From positions 608,001-672,000 of the forward strand of contig CAVVUN010000012.1 of NCBI GenBank assembly GCA_963751455.1: a stretch of DNA of 64,000 nt, given 5' to 3'. The notes below the pieces were generated by a model that had not been told where the DNA came from, did not search any database, and saw only the letters and a program-made list of their open reading frames with translations. The DNA comes from Nitrospirota bacterium (GTDB lineage Bacteria; Nitrospirota; UBA9217). Shown here piece by piece: positions 8,303 to 16,900 of the stretch. The position numbers and the translations under genes were made by a program. How positions within the stretch are numbered: position 1 is the stretch's first letter; the number at the start of each line of letters is the position of its first letter.

Positions 8303-10182
8303 AAAATATTTTGTTGATCGTAAACCTGTTGTTTATTTCCTGCGTCTTCTCATCAGCAGAAGCCATCTCAAACCAGGGAATCATCGGCACGAAACACGAC
8401 CTTTCAAGCAGCAATCCTGCGCCGAACGCCTATAAAGCTCTGAACGAAACCAGAATTTGCATATTCTGCCACACGCCGCACAATGCCAATCCCATGACAC
8501 CCCTCTGGAACAAAAACTTGAGCACCAAAACATACGATTTGTACAGCAGCACGACCATGCTTGCCGTGCCGCAGCAGCCGGAGGGGCCGACCCGGCTCTG
8601 CTTGAGCTGCCACGACGGCACCCTCGCTCTGGGTACCGTTTTGAAGCCCGAAGAAAACATAACAATGAGCGGAGCAACGAACCTGATTTCAGGGCCATCC
8701 TACATCGACAACCTCGACAATCATCACCCGGTCTCTTTCGCGTATTCTGATTCACTGCCGAATGACGAGCTTGCCCCGAGTCCCCCTGAGACGCTTCTCT
8801 TTTACAATTACGAAGACATTCACTGCACAACGTGTCACAACCCTCATGACAATAGGTACTCTAAATTCCTTGCCGTCAACAATGAGAACTCCGGTTTGTG
8901 CCTTCTCTGCCACAATAATATGGCAGGATGGAACACGGCATCACACAAAAACTCGCCGAATGTGTACACAGGTCCGCCTCCGCAAAACTCGACTAACCCG
9001 GACTACCCCTGGCCGCGAACAGGGGCAGGCAGCGACTTCGGATGGACAACAGTGCAGATGAACGGTTGTGAAAACTGCCATGCCCCGCATTCAGCCGGCG
9101 GCACGCAGCGGCTGATGAAGTATGAGACTGAGGAGCAGAATTGCTACGCCTGTCATAACGGCAACGTAGCAGCCGCAGCGAAAAACATTGAGACCCAATT
9201 TATGGGGAACACCTCGAGACATCACGTTGAAATGTATACAGACCTCCCGCCGCATGACGGCATAAACAAGCACGATCCCATGGCGGAAGGACAATCTCCT
9301 TTTGTTTATTCAGCCCACGTGGAATGCGTTGACTGCCATAATCCTCATGCGAGCGATAATTCATCGGCAACCGCTCCGGCTCGCTCCGGAAAAATTGCGA
9401 AGGTGACAGGAATTGACAAATCAGGCAACGCGGTTATTGCTCCCAACTTTGCCGCGAACGAATATGAAATCTGTTTTAAATGCCATGCTGACTCGGCCGG
9501 CTCAGACACCTATGACGCGACGATTTTTATCGAACGAAGCATCAGCACCATCAATACGCGTGTTGATTTCAGTGAAAGCAGCCAGATGAACTCGTCTCAT
9601 CATCCCGTCACCGACACTAAAACGAACGCGGATGACATTTCCAGCCTTTCGCCGCCGACTGATCCCGTCACCGATCCGGAAGTCCCGACCGGGCTTACTG
9701 CAATGAGCTATATTTATTGCACGGACTGCCACAGTGATGATAACCCTGCAGTGTCACGCGGTCCGCACGGGTCTCAATATGCGCCGATTCTGCGTAGACA
9801 GTACATTACCGATGTGGGCATGCCCTATAATGACGGCAACTTTCACCTGTGCTACCGATGCCACAACAAAACCAGCATCAAGAACGATGTTAGTTTCCGA
9901 AAAACCGGCGGTATGGGCGGGCACAGCGGGCATCTTCAGTCGCCGACGGACAATAAACCCATGTCCTGCTCCGTATGCCATGATCCGCATGGAGTGCAGG
10001 ACGACAGCGTCTCCGGCTCTCATACGTATCTGATTAATTTCGACATGAGTATCGTGCAACCGCTCGGCGCAAATCCTAAGCCGATTTACACGGACAACGG
10101 CGGCCATTCGGGAAGTTGCACGCTGGAATGTCATTTCCCCGACTTGACGGTCAAGTACCATGACAATGCCCCCTATCCATAA
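8299..10182 (+). CDS. Secreted ~12-heme c-type cytochrome with an OmcE-like N-terminal half
   Basis: Signal peptide; 11 CxxCH plus CTLECH; N-terminal KHDLS...CIFCHTPH...PLWN...CLSCHDG. Confidence 0.9.
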   Translation: MKNILLIVNLLFISCVFSSAEAISNQGIIGTKHDLSSSNPAPNAYKALNETRICIFCHTPHNANPMTPLWNKNLSTKTYDLYSSTTMLAVPQQPEGPTRLCLSCHDGTLALGTVLKPEENITMSGATNLISGPSYIDNLDNHHPVSFAYSDSLPNDELAPSPPETLLFYNYEDIHCTTCHNPHDNRYSKFLAVNNENSGLCLLCHNNMAGWNTASHKNSPNVYTGPPPQNSTNPDYPWPRTGAGSDFGWTTVQMNGCENCHAPHSAGGTQRLMKYETEEQNCYACHNGNVAAAAKNIETQFMGNTSRHHVEMYTDLPPHDGINKHDPMAEGQSPFVYSAHVECVDCHNPHASDNSSATAPARSGKIAKVTGIDKSGNAVIAPNFAANEYEICFKCHADSAGSDTYDATIFIERSISTINTRVDFSESSQMNSSHHPVTDTKTNADDISSLSPPTDPVTDPEVPTGLTAMSYIYCTDCHSDDNPAVSRGPHGSQYAPILRRQYITDVGMPYNDGNFHLCYRCHNKTSIKNDVSFRKTGGMGGHSGHLQSPTDNKPMSCSVCHDPHGVQDDSVSGSHTYLINFDMSIVQPLGANPKPIYTDNGGHSGSCTLECHFPDLTVKYHDNAPYP

Positions 10183-10415
10183 TCCGCGATAATGCCATGC
10201 TTCGTATTCAATTTGCCGGATTCGGAAATAATTTGGGGCTCTGAATCCATAAGGCAACATTTTGTCTTTTTCCAATAAAAAAAATGAAATTAATAGTTCA
10301 ATCATATGGAAATATATTGCCTTCTCTTTAGTTTGCTAATAACTTCGCTTCCAGTCCCTCTCTTCAGATGTGCTTGTACTGAAAACTTTCCTTCGCAGCT
10401 TGTTGCTAAATATTT

Positions 10416-11804
10416 GGTAGCGTTGTCAAGTGGAGACCTGACAAAAGCCCCCCATTTTACGCGCATTATGCATCAAATCCGTTATAGTAATAAGCCAGCC
10501 GGACTTTCATGACATTCAGCGCTCCGGCCTCGGTCCACTTGCTCACGTTTACCCGCATATTGACCGTGCGCATGAGTCGCTCCACCTTGCTCGTGGTCTT
10601 ACCGTCTAATCTCTTCTTGATCGCCGTAAACATATCCGGGCGGGCATTTTCAAGATAAGCGGCTGTGTGAGTATATTCTCTCTCAGCGCACCGCTTTATC
10701 AGTTCATCCAGCCGGGCCTTCTTCGAAGCGATCATCGCGGCTATCGTCTGCTTGTCGTCTACAAACGGCCGTATCGCGCAGATTTCCATCAGCTCCACGA
10801 TCACATACAACCAGTCCTCGCTCTTACGCTTCACTTTGTCCTGCCACAACACATACTTCGCTTGATAGGGAATATGCCACAAGCAGCGCTGAACAATTAT
10901 CTTCACCTTCCCCTTAAGAGCATCCAGGATGGAGGTGTCGCCGTCGGTGATTAAGGAAAACGGACGGGTGAAGCTCCCCAGAGCCTTGAGACTCTTCTTG
11001 AAAAGGTTGTCCCAGGACCCGTTATAATTCCCGATATCAAGGCCCGCCACCCGCACGCCGCCACCCTTCTTGTACTGTATGAACGCCTTCAATTCCTTCC
11101 CGCGCTTCTTGATTCCCTTGATGCCGATCCCGGTCCCGTCAGCCTCGCCCTGGGGAAGCTCCTTTTCATCAACCTTGAACTCTATTTCCGACCCCGTCTT
11201 TTGGACAGCGCTCCAGACCGTCATCTTGTCCACGGCCCAGCCGAACATCTTGCCGATCTTCTCCGCCACACGAAAGGTTGTCAAGGAACCCAGAAGCCCA
11301 AGCTTTCGATAAATTTCTGCCGCTATTCGCTTTTTCGGCTTCATTCCGAGCAGCTTTCGGGTGATGTAGAGCTTACTCCCACAGCGTTTGCAAACAACCT
11401 GGAGCTGCTGTAACCAGACCCATTGGTAAAAGGCATGAATCTTAGTCTTTTTCCCGTGCCGCGTCTTCCATGTGAATTCCCGATCATTGCCGCACCCGCA
11501 GGCAAAAGGCTTTTTCTTAAGAGCCATCACATGCTCGCCAAAGCCTACAAGCACTTTCTGAATGAAGTCCGTCAAAATCTGCGGCAAAAGCTCGGCAAAG
11601 GCGGCGAGTATTGATGAAAGAGAGCTGTCCTTCAAATGCACTTCAAATTGACAATCAAAACTGATGGTGATACCTTTCCTTTGTGGGGTAACACCCATAT
11701 TGCCCTCCTGTTTTATGGTTAGTTTCGTCCAAAACTATTATCCATAAAATGGAGGGCAATTTGTTGTTACTTCATGTCCAAAGTCTCTCCTTTTCTACAC
11801 TACC
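10416..11804 (-). mobile_element. Insertion sequence, ISH6/IS256-like
   Basis: Imperfect terminal IRs GGTAGCGTTGTCAAG (left) and GGTAGTGTAGAAAAG (right, reverse complement); 8-bp target duplication AAATATTT at 10408-10415 and 11805-11812. Confidence 0.85.
10466..11698 (-). CDS. DDE transposase (ISH6/Mutator-like)
   Basis: EADGT, ITDGD, QRCLWH and TTSKVERLMR motifs; lies inside the IR-bounded element. Confidence 0.85.
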   Translation of the reverse strand: MGVTPQRKGITISFDCQFEVHLKDSSLSSILAAFAELLPQILTDFIQKVLVGFGEHVMALKKKPFACGCGNDREFTWKTRHGKKTKIHAFYQWVWLQQLQVVCKRCGSKLYITRKLLGMKPKKRIAAEIYRKLGLLGSLTTFRVAEKIGKMFGWAVDKMTVWSAVQKTGSEIEFKVDEKELPQGEADGTGIGIKGIKKRGKELKAFIQYKKGGGVRVAGLDIGNYNGSWDNLFKKSLKALGSFTRPFSLITDGDTSILDALKGKVKIIVQRCLWHIPYQAKYVLWQDKVKRKSEDWLYVIVELMEICAIRPFVDDKQTIAAMIASKKARLDELIKRCAEREYTHTAAYLENARPDMFTAIKKRLDGKTTSKVERLMRTVNMRVNVSKWTEAGALNVMKVRLAYYYNGFDA

Positions 11805-11853
11805 AAATATTTAACGAGGCAAGGCCTCAGACCGATGAAAAAAATACCTTGGA

Positions 11854-11960
11854 ACCGCGAAGGCGCGAAGGACGCGAGGAAAGCAGGAATTGAAACGGGT
11901 TTAAACCAGAAATAAGATTTTGTCGTATGGTTTCCTTCGCGCTCCTCGCGCCTTCGCGGT
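11854..11960. repeat. REP-like palindrome with 9-nt periodic arms
   Basis: ACCGCGAAGGCGCGAAGGACGCGAGGAA ... TTCCTTCGCGCTCCTCGCGCCTTCGCGGT. Confidence 0.7.
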
Positions 11961-12081
11961 AAATGCTTTTTAGCTTCTCAAAAACTTGATAATCATATGA
12001 AGGCACCTCAGCATACCAGAGCGTCTCAGCACTCTGGTATGCTTCAAGGAAAGAAGCCCATTCTAACCTTGGAGGTGCTAT

Positions 12082-13101
12082 ATGCAATTGTATACGAGTT
12101 TCGATCTTCATTCAACCAATGCATATCTGGGCATCAAAGATGAAAATGGCAAACAGGTACTTAAAAAGAAGCTGCCGAATGATCCCGAAATCATTCTCAA
12201 TTCGCTTAAGCCATACAAAAACGACATCGTCGGGATCGTCGTGGAGTCCACCTACAACTGGTACTGGCTGGTGGACCTGCTTATAAGGGAAGGATACAAG
12301 GTTCATCTTGCAAATCCTGCCGGCATACAGAAATACTCCGGTCTTAAGCACGCCGACGATCAGGACGATGCTTTCTGGTTGTGTGATATGTTGCGCCTCA
12401 ACATTCTGCCCGAGGGATACATATACCCCAGGGAAGACCGGCCAATCCGCGATCTTCTCCGGAAACGGATGCACCTGGTAAAACTGCGGACATCGCTCAT
12501 CGTGAGCCTGCAGAACATCATTTGCCGGAATAACGGCTTCAGGCTCAAGACGAGTGATGTGAAAGCGCTCAGCGAGGACCGTGTAGCCCCGTATCTGTCG
12601 GCAAGCGAAGACCTCGCGTTGGCTGGAACCGTCAGTAAAGAGTCCATCGATTTCCTAACGCGCCAGATCAATAAGATCGAAGCGGTTATCGAAGACAGAG
12701 TGGAACTTAAAGAGCCCTATGCCAAGCTGCAAAGCGTATTCGGCATCGGCAAGACGCTTGCGCTCACCATAATGCTGGAGACCGGGCCGATCACCCGATT
12801 TCCCAAAGTCGGGAACTACGTTTCCTACTGCCGGAAGGTTTCGAGCAAGTGGCTCAGCAACGACAAAGTCAAGGGCAAAGGAAACAAGAAAAGCGGCAAC
12901 AAGTATCTTGCGTGGGCCTATTCCGAGGCCGCTCAGTGCGCGCGCCGCAGTTATGTACAGGCGCGGACATACTACAATCGCAAGATGCAGAAAACGAATT
13001 TCATGGTCGCGCACAACGCTCTTGCCCATAAACTGGCGAGAGCAGCCTACTACGTTATGCGGGATAACGTAGTCTTCAAACCAGAGAAAATTTTCGTATG
13101 A
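12082..13101 (+). CDS. IS110-family DEDD recombinase/transposase
   Basis: FDLHS, VESTYNW, DDQDDA, FGIG...A.TI..E, GNKYL, ALAHKLAR motifs. Confidence 0.93.
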   Translation: MQLYTSFDLHSTNAYLGIKDENGKQVLKKKLPNDPEIILNSLKPYKNDIVGIVVESTYNWYWLVDLLIREGYKVHLANPAGIQKYSGLKHADDQDDAFWLCDMLRLNILPEGYIYPREDRPIRDLLRKRMHLVKLRTSLIVSLQNIICRNNGFRLKTSDVKALSEDRVAPYLSASEDLALAGTVSKESIDFLTRQINKIEAVIEDRVELKEPYAKLQSVFGIGKTLALTIMLETGPITRFPKVGNYVSYCRKVSSKWLSNDKVKGKGNKKSGNKYLAWAYSEAAQCARRSYVQARTYYNRKMQKTNFMVAHNALAHKLARAAYYVMRDNVVFKPEKIFV

Positions 13102-13120
13102 GAAAGACCGATTAAACATA

Positions 13121-13400
13121 GGATGGCTGGAGCGGTGAACCTGCGTTTGAGTGTGGAAAAACCATCAAACTTGATTGGTAATCCGCTCCACCCAATTTTA
13201 TAAAGTTATCGACTGCTTTACTGCCCGTGCCGTGAGCCACCTTGGGGCTGGTTAACAACCACATTACTTGTAATAACCCGTTTTGGACACGGCAAGGAGC
13301 CGAAGATTTTCTGGTCCCCGCTACGCGGGGAAAGGGTCATGGATCCATTGCTTCACCAATGACCTTAATCCTGATGGGTGACTGGTACAGTAATAAACTG
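13121..13400 (+). ncRNA. Putative bridge/seek RNA of the IS110 element (boundaries approximate)
   Basis: Stem TGGAGCGG/CCGCTCCA encloses TTTGAGT (13146) and AAACTTGA (13167), which match both strands of the reconstructed target; ATGGGTGA (13374) matches the donor junction. Confidence 0.65.
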
Positions 13401-13566
13401 ATACCTTAACCGAATGAAACTGCGGCACTGGTAAAGAAATCGATAACTGCAACCCCTCGACGAGAAAATTTCATTTTCTCGCCTCAGGGCGGGCTTTTTC
13501 ACTTGACAACGAGCCTTCAAATGGGTGACTCAAATTTAAAGATAATGCGAAGTAAAGGTTTTTAAA

Positions 13567-13604
13567 TGCGTGAGATGCCTCAATGGTGGCGTCAAATGCC
13601 CCCA
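13567..13604. promoter_or_regulatory. Putative enhancer site pair (21-bp spacing)
   Basis: TGCGTGAGATGCCTCAA (13567) and GGCGTCAAATGCCCCCA (13588). Confidence 0.5.
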
Positions 13605-13750
13605 TTGTGCAATATAAAGCAAAATTCTGGCTATAATCCGCATTTTTGTTTTTTTAGCAGGCCACTGTCTTCATTTCATATTTACCGATAGTTTTCAATG
13701 TGTTATACATTTTTATTATCGTTTCGTAAATTAATAAAATTATCTCTATA

Positions 13751-13766
13751 TGGCACTCATCTTGCG
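13751..13766 (+). promoter_or_regulatory. Sigma-54 promoter
   Basis: TGGCACTCATCTTGCG. Confidence 0.8.
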
Positions 13767-13964
13767 TAGTTATTATTACTGGTTCTCCCATTCTTCCTCG
13801 TATATCAGCCTGTTAAGCGCTCAATCATCTAATCACCTGAGAGCGATGACCGGTAAAAGTGTTTGGGCCAAATCAGCATGCAACAACTATAAGCCCTAAA
13901 CAGTAGTCCAGCATTTTTATTTTTCCGGCATATTAATTATTAATCCATCGAAGGAGATTCCAAC

Positions 13965-16900
13965 ATGAATGTAAGAAAGAATTTAATCTTCTGGGCAGCC
14001 CTATTTTTCACGGCAATACCGCTCTCCGGCAACGCGAACCCTGATTTCAACAGAGATGGCGCTGTACGTGATCCAGCATCGCAAAGCGGGTGGGCGCTGC
14101 CAGCTCTTGACCCGGATACATCGGATCATGACAACTGTCTGCGATGCCATCAGCCGGGCGGACCGGCTGCCGACGTATCAGGGTACCTCAAGGGCGGCCA
14201 CAAAAATATGGCCCGCCCGGCGGACGGGAATGCATGGGGAATGCCCGGCGTAGATGCGACCCATCCCGCATCTTCCTGGCTCGCGGACGCCGGACTTGAT
14301 CCTCTTACCGGATTATTCGAAAAACTGGGGATACAGGAAGACTATCCCCAAATGTTCGTTAACTGGTCCCCCCGGACTATCTCTTTGGCCTACTGCGCAA
14401 AATCCGACGGAACGATAGGTTCGGATGATGTTCCGGATCTGGTCGCATGCCCGACCTGCGAGTCGCCGATAATGGCAAACGGCACTGCCGGATACCCTTT
14501 GAACTATCCAAACCAGACAACCTGCGAGACTGCCAGGCATCCGCTAACAGGCACCACGGATTATTTATGGGTCGATGAGGGCGATCAGCCCTTATACTGG
14601 ATTTACGGCGGCGCAGGACTCCGCCGCAATCCGGCTGTATTCGAGAGGGGTTCTCAAGTCTATTCATGCGCCCGCTGTCACACGACGGGTTGGACGGCAA
14701 ACGACATCAACACGGACCCTGATCTGGATCCCGATCGCGCTTTTGACCCGAACAAACTCCCCTACGGCAATCCTGCATGGTCGCTTGCCACTTTTACGAC
14801 CATGACGACTCTCGGCAACCCTTCCCAGCTTCTTCTTGACCCAGGCATGCCTCTCTGGCCTGCTGACGGCACGACTGCCACAGACACCGCTCGCAACCTT
14901 TCCTCCTGGGACCAGTGGGGCATCGAATGCTCACGGTGCCACATGTCCTTTTATGACGGTCATAGTACCTGGCCTAATCCCAGTTCCGCGTTTAACGGCT
15001 CTGGCATAACGACTGGCGGGGATATCACCGCGCTTTGCATGAACTGCCACCGGCAGGAGAATACGGGCCCGGGAAAAAATGGCGTTCCACTTCTGCTGAC
15101 AAACGGCTCTACAACGTCAGATATGGGGGCTAAACTTCTCTATACCAACAGAGCAGCGCAACCGGACGGCTTCTCGCATCATGCTGACGGAAACGAGTTT
15201 CTGAACAGCCCGCATGCGAAATTCAAGGGCAACTGGGGACAGATAGGCTGTCCGCCGTACTCAATCGTTCCCGGAGATCCGTCTTTTCCCGGAACGCCTC
15301 CAAGAGTTAACTATCCTATTGTTCCAACAGGGGAATACTGCAGTCGGGCTATAATGAACTTCAATGGTACGACAACCGCCTCATTGTATTTTAGCAAGTT
15401 CGCCAGGGCGGTGGTTGTCGATTTAGGCCAAAACACCAGCACGGCCGGAGGCTGCACTTCATGCCACAATGTCCACGAAACAACCAATGAGAACTCCTCA
15501 GGCTGGAGCGCCGGCGCATTTAACGCAACCTGCACGGATTGTCATTCAAATCCGGCCGCCACGATCACCGTTTCTCAGGTAAATCTTTCGTTAATGTACC
15601 ATCCGACCGGGCCGGGCACGCCCATGGAAAACCCGGCCAAGGCGTGCTCGATTTGTCATCAGCCGGAGGGGATGAAGCATCTCTGGAGAATAAACACAGA
15701 CCCGAATTACATTACATTCCCCACCTACACGAACAGTGAATCTCTCGCATCCACGGCAGTCGACACAACAGGGTATAATGCTGTCTGGGTTGACCTGGAT
15801 CATGCATGCGGACAATGCCATGGCGGCGGGGTGTCAGCAACGGACCTTGCAACAACCGGAACGATTGATACCAGTCCTACCGGCTCGAAAACCCTGACCG
15901 TTGACGATGCGACGGGCTTCGCTGCCGGTAAAAAAATCCATATCGCCGATGCAGGCGTGTCCGGAGGTCCTTTTAAGACCATCATCTCATCGGTCTCCGG
16001 AAGCACCGTCAACCTTTCCTATGCTGTGGTTTCATCGGTTGCCGGCGCAGCGGTAACCGTGTCAGGCAACCCTGCTGCCGAAGGCGCGCCCTATCTGACC
16101 GGGACCCAGATTGCAGAATCGGCAAAAACCATTCATGACGGGAACGTGAACAGCATGACTTGTTCGGTTTGCCATACCATCGGGACAGGTCATCACGTTA
16201 CCGGAACTACATCATGCTCGACATGCCATACCGCCCGGCTTCATACCCTTGTTCTGCCGCCTTCCGGAAATCCTTCCTATAATTCAGAGCATGTTACGCC
16301 CGGCACGGGTTGCCTGGGCTGCCATGGCCCTGGCGGCCTGGCGACTCACAACACCATTACTGCGGATGGAGCAGATGATAATCACCACTCCAACGCTGGT
16401 TCCTGTACATCATGCCACGGCGCATCCGGCGGAGAGGCACCGAATAACGCGGGCAAATCTTTGGCCGCTGACCGCAACGATTTTTGTCTAACCTGTCACA
16501 GCAACAGCGGGTCGTACCCGGTACATCACGGGGTCGCGGCAGTTGCAACAGCAGGCAAAGACTGCATGAGCATGGGCTGCCATGCTGCTAATGCCGGCGC
16601 GCCCGGGAACGCGCTCCCGGCCACGAACGCAAACTGCCTGCTGTGCCACAATAGCGCGATCGGCACGGCTCCTGCGATAGTACTCGGCACGAACCACCAT
16701 AGCGGCGTGAATTGCGCAGTATGCCATCTTGCCGAGCCGTTCGCTGTTCTGCCCCCTGCCGGGAATCCCGAATATAATTCTTCTACAGGGCATATAACGC
16801 CGGGCACGGGTTGCCTGGGATGCCATGGCCCCGGCGGCTTGGCGACACACAATACCATTACCGCGGATGGAGCAGGTGATAATCACCATTCCAACCAGGG

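Larger units (their letters stand above)
11987..13528 (+). mobile_element. IS110-family element of IS1111 type
   Basis: Sub-terminal IRs CATATGAAGGCAC (11994) and GAGCCTTCAAATG (13511); shared TGA core at both ends; TTGACA near the right end and GATAAT at the left end would form a circle-junction promoter; long downstream non-coding region. Confidence 0.8.
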
